Shown one piece after another: positions 26,201-37,998 of a stretch of DNA of 64,000 bases. This stretch comes from Azolla caroliniana. Lineage: Eukaryota; Plantae; Polypodiophyta. Each line of letters opens with the position of its first letter. Position 1 is the first letter of the stretch. A program made the translations under genes and the position numbers. Below the pieces are notes generated by a model that had not been told where the DNA came from, did no database searches, and saw nothing but the letters and a program-made list of their open reading frames with translations. The DNA is taken from positions 434,001 to 498,000 of the forward strand of contig JBHGNT010000012.1 in NCBI GenBank assembly GCA_043228905.1. The letters run 5' to 3'.

Positions 26201-29054
26201 CAAAACGGCGATGATCACACTTCTCACGGAATTTCGCGATGTGTTCGCCTGGTCATACGAAGACATGCGAGAACTCGACCCTCAGTTATACCAGCATCAG
26301 GTTCACTTGAGCAAGGACGCAAAACCAGTGGCACAAAGACGGTACCGGATGAATCCCAATTATGCCGCCAAAGTCAAGGAGGAAATCGACAAACTGCTAA
26401 GAGTTGGCTTTATCCGTCCGGTAAAGAAAGCGACATGGCTGAGCCCGATCGTAGTCGTACCGAAGAAGAACGGAAAAATTCGAGTTTGCGTGGACTATCG
26501 GAAACTCAATGCGGCTACGGTAACGGATGCGTTTCCACTTCCGTTCACAGATGGAGTGTTGGATGCCGTCGCCGGCCATGAGGTCTATAGCTTCTTAGAC
26601 GGATTCAGCGGGTATAATCAGATCCGGATGCACCCCGACGACCAAGAGAAAACGACATTCATCACCGAATGGGCGGTCTTTGTGGCCGTGGTGATGATGT
26701 TCGGACTCAAAACGGCACCGGCAACATTTCAACGAATCATCATGGAAATCTTTGGTGAATATATACCGGCTTTTATGCAGGTTTTCCTTGACGATTTCGT
26801 CGTCTATAGCCGGGAGGAGGACCATTTTCAACACCTCCATCTTTGTCTAGAAAAGTGTAGAGCGTACCAGCTAAGCTTGAATCCGGCAAAGTGTGTATTT
26901 GGCGTGTCCAGTGGAACTTTATTAGGACATATTGTGAGCCAGGAAGGTATTGCAGTCGACCTGGACAAAGTGAAAGCCATATTAGAAGCACTGGCGCCGG
27001 CAACGGCAAAGGCATTAAGCCGGTTCTTAGGCCAGATCCGGTGGCACAGCCGGATGCTCCGATACTTGGCCGACCTGGCTACACCGTTGCATGCCGCCGT
27101 ACATCGGACACCATTCCAGTGGACCGACACTGAGGATAGGGTGTATAAGGCCCTCAAGGTACTATTGTCGCAGGCACCGGTAGTACAACCTCCGGATTGG
27201 AGTAAAGAATTTCACGTGTTCGTGGACGCCTCCGACATCGCAATCGGAAGCGTACTTATGCAGCTTACGGAGCCAAAGTGGTACCGGCTAGTGTACTATG
27301 CCAGCCGAAAGCTATCCCAAGCAGAACGAAACTACTCTACCACGGAACGGGAAGCTCTAGGGATGATCTACAGTGTGACAAAGTTTCGGCACTATTTATT
27401 GGGAAGGAAGTTTTCCTTCCATGTAGGTCATTCGACACTCCTTTACCTGGTGTCCAAGGCGTCATTCACCGGAAAATTGGCCCGGTGGACCTTATTGTTA
27501 CAGGAGTTCGAGTTTGAAATATTCCACCGACCCAGTATACAGCATGCCGTAGCGGATTACTTAAGCCGATTGGAGTCCGGAGAGACGGGTGACGGAGTAC
27601 CGGATGAGTTTCCGGATGCGGAGCTGTTTTGAGTCACTACGGAGACGGCAGCAGATGAGACGGTGGCCCAGGAAGACAAGTGGCTCACAAATATGCACCA
27701 GTTTCTGAGCACAGGACTACCTCCGGAAGAGCTGAACTGGGACGAACGGAAACGCCTGGCGGTGCAAAGCCGACATTTCTGCTTACTGCAAGACACACTG
27801 TACCAGAAGGGCGTGGACGGCATATGGAGACGGGCGGTGCGCAGCGATGAAAAGGAACTGATACTAAGGGAAGCCCACTGCGGAGTTGCCGGAGGTCACT
27901 ATGCCAGAGATGCGACGGCCAGAAAAATATGGCAAAGTGGCCTATGGTGGCCAACGACATTAAGAGATGTGGTACGGTACGCAAAAGAATGTGACCTATG
28001 CCAGAGAATGGGCCAGCCAACGGAGCAGGCTCGTATGCCACAGCAACCGGTACTACCACTCGAGCCATTCCAAAAGTGGGGGCTGGACTTTGTAGGACCA
28101 TTCAAGCCACCGACAATGAGAACGGGTAATCGGTACGTTATCATTGCTACGGATTACTGCACGAAATGGGTGGAGGCCAAAGCTTTACGGGATAACACCG
28201 CTGCGTCAACGACAAAGTTTCTATATGAGTACATCTGGTGCCGTTACGGATGCCCCATTGAATTGATAAGTGACCAAGGGGGGCACTTTCTCGGCCAAGT
28301 AGTGGAAAGCCTGACGACATTCTATGCCGTTGTACACAAACGGAGCACACCTTACTATCCACAGGCGAACGGCTTAGCGGAATCAACAAACAAGACGCTA
28401 TAGAATATCCTCTGGAAGATCGTCAACGAAAACCGGACGGATTGGGACACAAAGCTACATAGCGCGCTTTGGGCATACAGGACGGCATACAAAACGAGCA
28501 TCCGAACAACACCGTTCCGGTTGGCGTTCGGACTCGAGGCGGTCATGCCGGTAGAATTCCAAGTACCTAGCTTACGGATCCAGCTACGGGAAAGGCTGAA
28601 CGAGAAGGAGTCGGAGGCAATAAGGTTGATAGCGCTGTGTGAGCTCGAGGAACAACGACTGGCCAGCATCCTACATTTAGAATTGGAGCAACGTAGACGG
28701 AAAGCATTTGTCGACCGACACAGGAAAGGTAACGAAAAAATGTTCGCAATCGGCAAACCGGTGTTAGTATTCCAAACCCGGATGGGCAAGATGCTAGGTA
28801 AGCTACGGTTTAGATGGATCGGACCATATTGGCTAACACGGGAGTATAATGGGTCCTACCAGTTAGGGACACTTGCCGGCAAAGTGCTAGGCAAATGGGT
28901 CAACGGATTCCGGTTGAATGCATATAGAGGACCGATGCCTAAGAACCCGTTTGAACAAAGGACCGACGGCAACCACCAAGACGGCAGAGAAGGCGAGCCG
29001 GTAACTAGGGAGAATGAGGCCGGTAAGGGTCCGAGAGGACCAACGGACAAGTGA
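23249..29054 (+). pseudogene. B gag-pol polyprotein (gag, 3 CCHC knuckles, PR, RT, RNase H, IN)
   Basis: Motifs VIDGGSG, CVDYRKLN, FLDGFSGYNQI, VFLDDF, FVDASD, WGLDFVGPF and WIGPY. One frameshift (~23865) and five in-frame stops (24408, 25194, 26073, 27630, 28401). Confidence 0.93.
24633..24725 (+). repeat. 30-bp coding tandem repeat x3 in B gag (DVRYGDRREN)
   Basis: gatgtccggta.gg.ga.cg.cggga repeated three times. Confidence 0.85.
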
Positions 29055-29457
29055 CGTCACACTAATAATAATAATAACTAAATAAAATTAAAATAAAATA
29101 AAAATAAAAATAAAAAAAATAAAAAAAATCATGCAAAAGCGAGGAATGAATGGATGAAAGAGCGTGGAGCGAAAAGGTACGTAGTGGGCATTTAAAGCGC
29201 TACCACAGGACATAATGCTATTTTAAGTACGCGACATGCACACACTCAAAAAAGGCGCCAGAATGCACAGACAAAAACCACTGCGCGTAGAGACCCTCTA
29301 CTTTCGCGAACCCAGGAGCACAGAAGCACCAAGACGTTGCAAGATTATCAGACGAGAACCTGCGCACAAAGAAACCCCGCCTTCTGAACTCTCTCTTTCT
29401 CAACCCCACTCTCATCACCATCCAACCTTGCCACCGCCATCCGACCTCAACACAGAC

Positions 29458-32232
29458 ATGGACCCGCAAACGCTGTCGGAAGCCGCCAAGACATGGCTGA
29501 AGCAACACGGGCTCGAGGGCTTCTTGATGATGATGGAAGTACCGCCACACAAAGAAGCCGACAAAGTGATCAAGGAAATCGATACAGAGGTCATAACGGC
29601 GGAGGCGATTCGAGCGTTAACAGGCCTTCCGGAGGGAGGCATACTCACGATCGACAATCCAACCCCGGAGCAACTCATCAGGTATTTTGGTGAGTACTAA
29701 CTAGCCAGCAAGGGCTACCGAACACAGGGCGGCGGAGATATGTTGTTCCGCGAAATTGCTCGTGTGCTCCACGAATACGGCCACGTGTACCCTAGACCCC
29801 CTGTCATGCCGCAGAACCGGGCAGGGATGATCATCGCCACCTATGAAGGGATCAAGGTGGATTGGCTGGTCTTGATCGCAGACGGGTTGTGTGCGGCGAT
29901 CGAGATCGTGAGAGGAAAAGACGGCAAAGAAGGCCGAGACGGACGGAGGATATGGCACGCCGTAACGCAGTGGCTCACCTTGCTTGTGCCACCCGTCTAG
30001 ACCGTCCAGCCCAAGAAGCGAGGAAGAGTGGCGGACGACACCCCAAGGACGGCTTCCAAACGGCAACAGCTGTTGGCCTCTAAGGCCACTAAGGGAAAGG
30101 CGGCAGACGCAGAACATGCGGCAGCAGGAAGCGGCAGCCGGAAGCGCCCAACGGAGGCGCAAGAGGAACCACCGGCACGGCCCGTAAAGGTCACACTCTG
30201 CCGACCGGTGAATAGAGAAGCGGACCCCTTGGCGGCAAAACTCAATGCCGAAGCTCAGGAGGAGGAAATAGAGGAGGAGCCTACGGAGAACCTCCAGCGA
30301 CGGTCGTCGGTAAGGACCGTTGAGGCAGCCGGGAAACGTTCGGACCCTCAGACGGAGGGAACACCGACTCCCCATACTGAGACTCCCACGCCAAGGAAGG
30401 AACCGGAACCGGTGCATATGGCACCAGAAACAGAAGCCCTAGCACCACCGGCAACACTGGCAAGTCCCATCCCGCCAGAGCCGGAAAGGTCAATGCAGCC
30501 TCCCTCGGTCAGCCAAGAAGAAGCGCAAGGGGAACCAGGACAGCAGGGTGGTCCACGGGCAGAAACGGAACTGCAACTTGGCGCAACTAGGCGGGACCAC
30601 CCCTCTACAAGTGAGCCCATTTGTCAAATCTCCGTGCAAGTACAACAAGGCACCGGTAGCCTGTGGCTCCGGTGGATAGGCGAACAGATAGCCGGAGTAG
30701 TGGGGTATATTGAGGCGGAAGAAAGAGCGCAAAGCGAACGGTTGCTCGTCACAACCGAACAACTAGAGACGGCCCAGTCCAGAATCCGGTGCCTTGAAAA
30801 AGACTTGGATCAGGTCACGACAAAGATGGCCAAAATACGGATCCAATCACCGGTGACTCCGGTAAGTGTACAGAATAAAGAAACGGAACGACCTGTACAT
30901 AGTAATAAGACCCCGACAACGGAAACCGTTCCGGCGAGAGATGCGGCGCAAGCTCGGGAGCTTGCGGAATTGAGAGAGGAACTTGCCGCACAAGAAGCGC
31001 TAAGGAGCTGTGAACGAGAATTGAAGACGGCGGCCGAAGCCGAATTAAAGAAGACTGCTGAGAACCTCCGCCGGGCAGAGGAGAGCCTCCGGAAATGCCA
31101 TCAAGCGTACGACCAACTAAAGGAGGAGAAAGACAAAGTGGTGCAGGAAAAGGACAAGCTGTGGAAAACGGCGGAAACAGAGATTGAACGGCTAAAGGAA
31201 GGGCTCCGCCAGCAGAAGGACCGCGAGGACCGGGCTCGTCGTCAGATCAACGCACGGCTCAAGCAAAAGACTGATGATTTTGAGCACCTGCACCGGGACT
31301 AGAAACGGTTGGAAATGGAGCATAAAGAACGGATGGCCGAGCTCCAGCAGGCAGTTGATCGGGCCGCGACGGCGATCGCCGACGAACGAGCAGAAAATAC
31401 AAGACGCTTGGACGAGGCGGAGAAGGTCCGGATGGAGCTCCAGAGGCAGCAACAGGAAGACAAAGAGAGAGCGTCAACAGTATTGCAGAAATTACAAAGC
31501 ACATATCAAAGGCAATTGACGCATTACAAGGCGCAGGCGGAGGACAACGTCAAAATCATCAAACAACTGAAGGAGGAACGGCAAGCGGCGGAAACCAAAT
31601 CGTAATTGGGAACGAGCCAGATTCAGTCCATCCTCCGGGCATGGCTGAATCAGACAAAACACTTGATTGATGAAAGCTCCGTAAAATGGTGGACAAAGTG
31701 GGCACAAAACGCGGCGGAACTCCAGTTGCTACGGGCGGATGTGGCAAACCGGCAGAAGGAAGGAGATGACTGTTATACGTTGACTTCCGAGGACTTCACC
31801 GCCATACGGGATGAGTTGGCCGACGACTTCGAAGTCCTGGCAGATGAACAACTGGCGCAGGTTAGGCAGCTCGTAGCCCAGCTGGACGATGATAGGCTGG
31901 ACGCTCAAATCCAGTTTGAAAGCTACGAGCGGTCCCGGGTGCGGGAAGAAAAAGCACGAGATGCAGCAACGGTTAACCTTAGTGATGAGGAACCATCGCC
32001 GGCTGAGGGCCAGCCGGGAACCAGTCAACCGGAGACCACTACGACGCAGGGAGCAACGACGGAGACGCCGGTGTCAGAGCCACAAACGGAGGAGTAGCCG
32101 CAGCAACCACCAACGGACACGCCGCAAGAGACAACAACAGAGCAAAAACAACAACAACAACAACAACCACTTCCAGATGAACCATTGGAGCCTCTCGAAC
32201 AAAGCATTCTGGACATTTTGGACGAAGAATAG
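29458..32232 (+). pseudogene. B ORF3: ~924-codon accessory protein (conserved N-domain, P/E/T-rich linker, long coiled coil)
   Basis: ORF-track pieces at 29236, 29740, 30028, 31309 and 31606 share one frame, separated only by TAA/TAG. The frame continues to ...ILDILDEE* at 32232. An upstream ATG exists at 29236. Confidence 0.85.
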
Positions 32233-32286
32233 CAGGGGTCGGTTGTGGATTCGACGTACAAGGTACTGTCCCACGGGCGTGCCATG

Positions 32287-32722
32287 TGTTACCGGCCGGC
32301 AAAGGAGTCCAGAGTGGGAAACGGAGAGCTAATTAAGTAGTAGGAATGTGGTTGTAATTAAGCTATGAGTGTGGACGGACGGACCGGAAATGGTATGCCG
32401 TTCCGGATCCGGACCGATCCCGAACAGGTGCGGATGGCACCGTTTTGTAATACAGACCGGAAACCTATTTAAAGGCCTAGATACAATGTAATAGTTAGCG
32501 GTTAATTAATGAAAGCTTAAGCGTTGTTATCTCTCTATATTAATTGTCGTTCTGTCTTAATTGTTATATCTTACGCGTGTGTTATGAAAGACGATCATAA
32601 TAAGTAACTTAACCAAGTAGGATTAAGCGTTGAAGTCTAATCCGGTGGCCGTAACACCCTTTGGTGAAGTGTCTCCCGTAGACACCCTGTGTTAGGCCAT
32701 TGTTCGGCCCGAAGAGTTAACA
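32287..32722 (+). repeat. B 3' LTR
   Basis: TGTTA...TAACA, 436 bp. Confidence 0.93.
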
Positions 32723-33179
32723 GTCGCCGGTTGGGTAGTGGTGCATGTGGTGTGATGCGATCAATCACATTTGGAAGGATTGCGCGGATTTCGTCGATGC
32801 ACTCAGGACCAACGTGGTGTACCTTTGGAACGGGCGGGTGCACGCGAGCGAGACCCGGAAAGCCCTAGAACTGAATACGGGGCGCGACGGAATGAAGAAG
32901 TTGATGGAAGAGGCCGCGACACGGCATGTAGAAGCCGTTAACTACTCAATGTCGGCGGGAATTCGGGTCGGAGGTGAGCAGACCCGGAAGGCGGAGGATT
33001 CCGGATTCTAGCCGCTACTGCTAGAAGGCCTCTCCGGAGTTTGGTTGAAGAAAGAAGAGGCGGACCGCGCGGAACAACGGGTCCAAGAGGTCACCGGATA
33101 GGACGATCCGGTCGAAGAGAAAACGGGCTTCGTAGAAGCCGCTTGCCAGAACTACGAGGTTCAGGTGGAAGACAAACGG

Positions 33180-33808
33180 TGTCGCGTTGTTACGCGCGTA
33201 CGTGTAGAAAGAGGCGGGACCACGGGGGTCTTGGATTGAGGAGCGAGGGAGAGAGAGACAGAGAGAGAGATTCACAGACACGTAGAAGCGAGAAAAAGAG
33301 ATATAGAACGTAACACTTAATTATAATGACAAGAGATTACAAACTCCGACGGTTACAACCGACAAGGTGGCGACGGACCCGACACGGGGACCCTACTCAC
33401 GCAAACCGACGACAGTCACACGACTCCCAAAAACAAAAGGGGGGGGGGGGGGGAAAGAGACTCTGTTGGAAGCACACGGGCTGTCCCGAAGCAGAGGTAG
33501 CGAACTCCCACAGGCGGCCGTAGAGAACGATGGTTAGAGGAGAAGAGAGAGAGCTCGGCCCTCCGTTCTGCAGCAGCGCCCCCCCGTTCCTCCTCGCGCA
33601 CGATGCCCCTTTTCTCTTGTCCTCTTCCCTTTATTCCTTGTCCCTCTGGCAGGGATACGCACAATCCCGCCTCCTAATAAATGCGTGCTGCTTAGTATTT
33701 ATCTCCACCGATTCCTGTACAAAATACCAAGTCACGCGTCCATCCGTGTAAGGGCCGGTTTATGCGCTTTCTCTTCGTTTCCGCCTATGGCCGGTTTTCT
33801 TCACGACA
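33180..33808 (-). repeat. C2 3' LTR
   Basis: Near-identical to 51121-51715 apart from indels; preceded on the minus strand by GGTGGGGGTGGA (PPT). Confidence 0.92.
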
Positions 33809-33877
33809 TCCACCCCCACCAAACCGCGCATCCACTGGTATGCGCCAGAGACGGGCAGATATCGAAGAAACTCGGCC

Positions 33878-36800
33878 TCACTCGTTGCTCTCCGATTCTC
33901 CGCCGGACCCGAACTGATCGTCGTTATCACTCCCGCTCGCCGGCTCCGGCTTGTCTTTGAACCGCTTTTTGAAAGCTTTGATTCGCTTTCCGGCCACCGG
34001 CACCGCTAACCGTGTCCCGTCGAGTTCCGCGAGGTGGTATGTGCCGTTGCCGTTCGCGCTCGTCACCATGTAGGGCCCGAACCATCTCCTAGCAAACTTT
34101 CGCACCGCCTTGTGCTGATTGTCGAGGCTGCTGTCGTATACCAAGACCCAGTTGCCTTCCTCGATCTTCTTTGGTCGCAACCGGTGCGTCCGGTTGAACC
34201 GGATCTTGTTTTGCTCCCTTGCCGCTCGCAGCCTTTCCTTCGCCTATATCACGTCCTCCGGCCTCCACTCGAGTTGCCGAATCCGCGCCGCGAACAACTC
34301 CTCCCGGCTCATTTCGTCCTTCCAATCTACCGCCGCCCACGAAGAAACCGTCCGCTCCACCGGCATGATCGGCTTTTGTTCGTACATCAGCTCCGCCGGC
34401 ATAAACCCTGTCACCGTACTGTGCGTAGTTCGGTCCGCCCATAGTGCGTAAGGGAGGAGTCGCGGACAATTCTCGACCTGCCCACCACATGCACGCACCA
34501 ACGCCTTTACAATCAGTCCGTGCCCACGTTCCACCTTTCCGTTCGCCTCCGGATTGTACGCCGTGGTGAGGGAGAGTTTGACACCTAGCCGGTCGAACAA
34601 CTCCTCGGCCTCCCGCGCATCTAGCTCTCCCCGGTCCGCCATGATCCTCCCGACGCACCCATACCGACACACTACTTGCTTTGCAGTGCACGGCCTTCCA
34701 CCTGGTTCGTTAAGTCTTCCCGTGCAAGCACCAAGTATTGCATCTGTCCTACCCCCATCAGCATCGTCACCAAATCCACTATCCACTTGAAATTGACCGT
34801 AGGCGGGTAGGTCGGGTGTAGCTCGTCCCGGTGTCAGACTATAGAGTGCACATGACAGCTTTCGCAAATTGTTACGAACCAATGCACGTCTTGGTATAGC
34901 CCCGGCCACCAGTACTTCTCCTTCAACTTCTCGAACGTGGCCCACGTTCCGCGGTGTCCGGCCCATGGGCTCTCGTGGAATGCCGCCAATAGTTTCCCCT
35001 GTTCTTCTTTCTTTGCCACTACTCGGAGTGGGATGCCGCTTCTCTTCTTTGGGTGCTTCCATATGCACCCGTCCCGCAGGAAGAATCGGTACGCCTTCCT
35101 CCGTATACGGCTCGCCTCCTCTCTCGCCTATGCTGCGTCCGGCGTCATCGTCCGTAGGAACCTCCCGATTTGGAGCCACTCCCCTGTCGGGAGACAGGTC
35201 CCTCCGGATGGGAAGGGAGAAGAACAGTGCCGACGAACAATCTCGGCCGAGGCCGAAATCGGAAGAGGAGTACCCGGCTACGGAGAGCTGGATGATGCAG
35301 ACCCGGTATGAACCGGATGAAGAGTACCCGGCTACGGAGAGCCGGATGGTGCAGACCCGGTATGAACCGGATGAAGAGACATATTAGTAAATATGTTTCT
35401 GATAGTCCATTGTGGCTACATTTGTAAATAGCCGAAAAGTCATATTAGTATAAATATGACTTAGGGCAAACCTTTTAGTGACTGTTGTTGTAGTTGTCGT
35501 TTCTTGTTGGTGCAAGAGAAGAGAGAGAGTGCGTAACTGTACAGAGAGAGAGAGAGAGAGAAAGAGGTCGTTGCCTTTGTTGTAACCGCCGCCTGTGGCG
35601 AAGATCTGTGAGCACGAGGTCGTTGCCTCAGTGAACTCACTATTGTACATTCTTACATAGTGATAGTTTGCAGCTTGTGGGCTGCCGTGGTTTTTCCCCT
35701 AGTTTGGGGTTTTCCACGTAAACCTCCTGTGTATCTTCCTCTTCTTTGTGTCGTGTTCTATTTCCCGTTTTCTGTGTATCATTCTAAGCTCGGTTGTGGC
35801 CGAGTGTTGCGCATAAGGAACGTTCAGTTCCCGTCATCCCCGTCGTACCTGCTTTTGTCAAATTCGTTAAGCGCCGGAGTGTTCCCTTTCCTCGTTGTTA
35901 CGTTAGCCGACCCGAAGAAGTCCTCGCTGACTTCTTCGTCATCCGAAACCATGCCATGCCGTCTTCGTCGTTGAACCTTGCCCTCGAAAGCATGTCGGCC
36001 ATGGCGTTGTCCTTTCCGGAGATGTGTCGTATCTCCGGGTTCAGGGACTTAATGTACGCTATCCACCAGAGCATTGCCAGGTCCGGCGTCGCGCATCCGG
36101 AAACCATGCCGAGTATCGGCATGCAGTCCGTCTCGATGATCACCTCCGTCTCGATCAGATAAATCCTTGTCGGCCTTGACTGCCGAAACGACACCCCAAA
36201 GTTTGCGCTTAACTTGGGCGTACCCTCGCTGTCGCTCGCTCAATACCTTCGCCCCGAACCGGATCGGGAATCGTACGCCGCCCTTGTCCTCCTGACTGAT
36301 TACCCACCCGATCCCGGTCGGGCTGGTGTCCACCGTTACGCAGATGGGAACATCCTTGCCGTAAACCACTTTACGGAGAGCTGGCGTTGCCGTAAGCGCC
36401 TCCTTTAGTCTCCGAACCGACTCCGTGTGCTCCGACACCCACTCAAAGCTACGCCCCTTTTTCAATAGTCCGTAGAGGGGTTCCACGACATGTGCGTAGT
36501 GCGGGATCCAGATGTGGTAGAACGCGCATGCCCCCAAGAATCTGCGGACCTCCGTGACCGACCCGCAATCGTTCCTCATCGTGGAGATGGCCTCTACCTT
36601 TGCTGGAGACGGTTTCCTACCGTAAGGCCCGCACAGGTGTCCGACCACCAACATCTCCGACTGTCTGAAGGCAGACTTTTCCCCGGAGAAGGTGAGCCTC
36701 ACGCATTCTAGTCTCTGCAGCACCTTCTCGCAGTCATCGATGTGGGACGCCACGAAATTCCAACATCCGTCCGACCCGATTGCCTCGTCCCTTTTCTCCA

Positions 36801-37992
36801 CCGGGCATCCCCTGATCGGGATGTCGTCCAAGAATGGCATGGTGATGTCCGAGATACAATCCGTGAGCACTTTGTTCATCCCGTTCACCATGTGAGCCAC
36901 TGAGTTCGTCTCTCCTTGTGGCAGGGTACACATCCGCATTAGGCCGAGAGGAGTTCGCATCGTCGTAATGTCTCTGCTCTCCACAACTAGTTGGAACTGA
37001 TCGTACCCCGAGTACAGATCACTGACAGAATAGATCGACCTTCCAGCGAAGGCCTCCGCGAACTCGTCTATGGTCGGTCCGATCCCTGCATTACGGATGG
37101 TCACCTTGTTGACCGGTTGTAGGTCCTGAATGAAGCGCATCGTGCCATTCTTCTTCGGCACCGTAAACCACCGATTCGAATACGGGGCACTCGACGGTTC
37201 GAGGATGCCCATCTCGACCTTTTGCTTTAGGAGCTCCATCAACTTCGGGATATGAGCTCTTGGCACTGGAATCGGCTTGAGATTCCACGGTACATGCGGT
37301 ACCGTGAAGATCACCATCGGTTTGACAACTGTCGGGTCTACGCACCCGATCTCCTCCAGTGAGAATGCGAAAGACTTCCTGTGCCTCCCGAGCATTCTCC
37401 GAAACCGGTCCTCCTCCGCCGGCAGTAGGAAGCCGCCCGCACCGACCTTGAGCTCTCGTAGCGTTATGTCGGTGAACCGGTGCCCTATGCCGGCCGGATT
37501 CCATAAACTTGGGTTCGACGTGACCCCTTTTATCCGCCCCTCGCTGCCCTCCGGCAAGGGTGCCGCGACTGGCCTCACCTTCCGGTCCACTGTCTTGTAC
37601 TTTGTATCCACACGGGCCGTCCGATCCGACCCGATCCTTTCCCCGAAGTCCACGATGACTTCGTACATCCCCATCGATCCTACCGGAACGGTCCAGTCTT
37701 CTCTAAGGTCTTCACCGATCACCTTTCGTAGTTCGCCCAAGGTGTCGTCAAAAGAGACCGCCTCCACGGCGCCGCTGATGGCTTCGTCGGGGAAGAGGAC
37801 TCTACATCCCTTGAGCTGCTCCTCCGCTTGCTTCCTCTCCCGGCCACTGACATCGGTTATAGTACAACCTCCGTTGTCGGAGAACCAAAACTTCCTACCC
37901 ATGGTACAAGTATTCTTCCGTACTGTACATTTGTGGGGTTGTTCACGGGAGTCCGGACTATCGCAGCCCCACGCCTTGATAGCCCTCTCTAA
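33878..37992 (-). pseudogene. C2 pol (RT, RNase H, integrase)
   Basis: FIQDLQPVNKVTIRNAG, PFLDDIP, VTVDTSPTG, HESPWAGH..C..C, AYNPEANGKVERGH and WFGPY. Contains frameshifts and a solo-LTR insertion. Confidence 0.9.
35185..35836 (+). mobile_element. Copia-family solo LTR (652 bp) inserted in C2 pol
   Basis: TGTCGGG...CCGTCA with TSD TCCCC. Removal restores RYDGEWLQ. Carries only 2 copies of the 54-bp unit. Confidence 0.92.
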
Positions 37993-37998
37993 AAATCC
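37933..37998 (-). promoter_or_regulatory. Putative -1 ribosomal frameshift signal (C2)
   Basis: G GAT TTT TAG, then stem GGGCTATC/GATAGTCC and loop GTGGGG pairing with downstream CCCCAC. Confidence 0.75.

Larger units (their letters stand above)
22760..32722 (+). mobile_element. Gypsy B: full-length Athila/Phygy-like element with an extra ORF, inserted in C1 gag
   Basis: Two 436-bp LTRs, 5-bp TSD GCCGC/GTCGC, PBS, gag-pol and ORF3. Confidence 0.95.

Noticed and set aside
29458-32232. ORF3 as a retroviral envelope gene
   Set aside because: No signal peptide or transmembrane segment is visible, and the C-terminal part is highly charged and coiled-coil-like.
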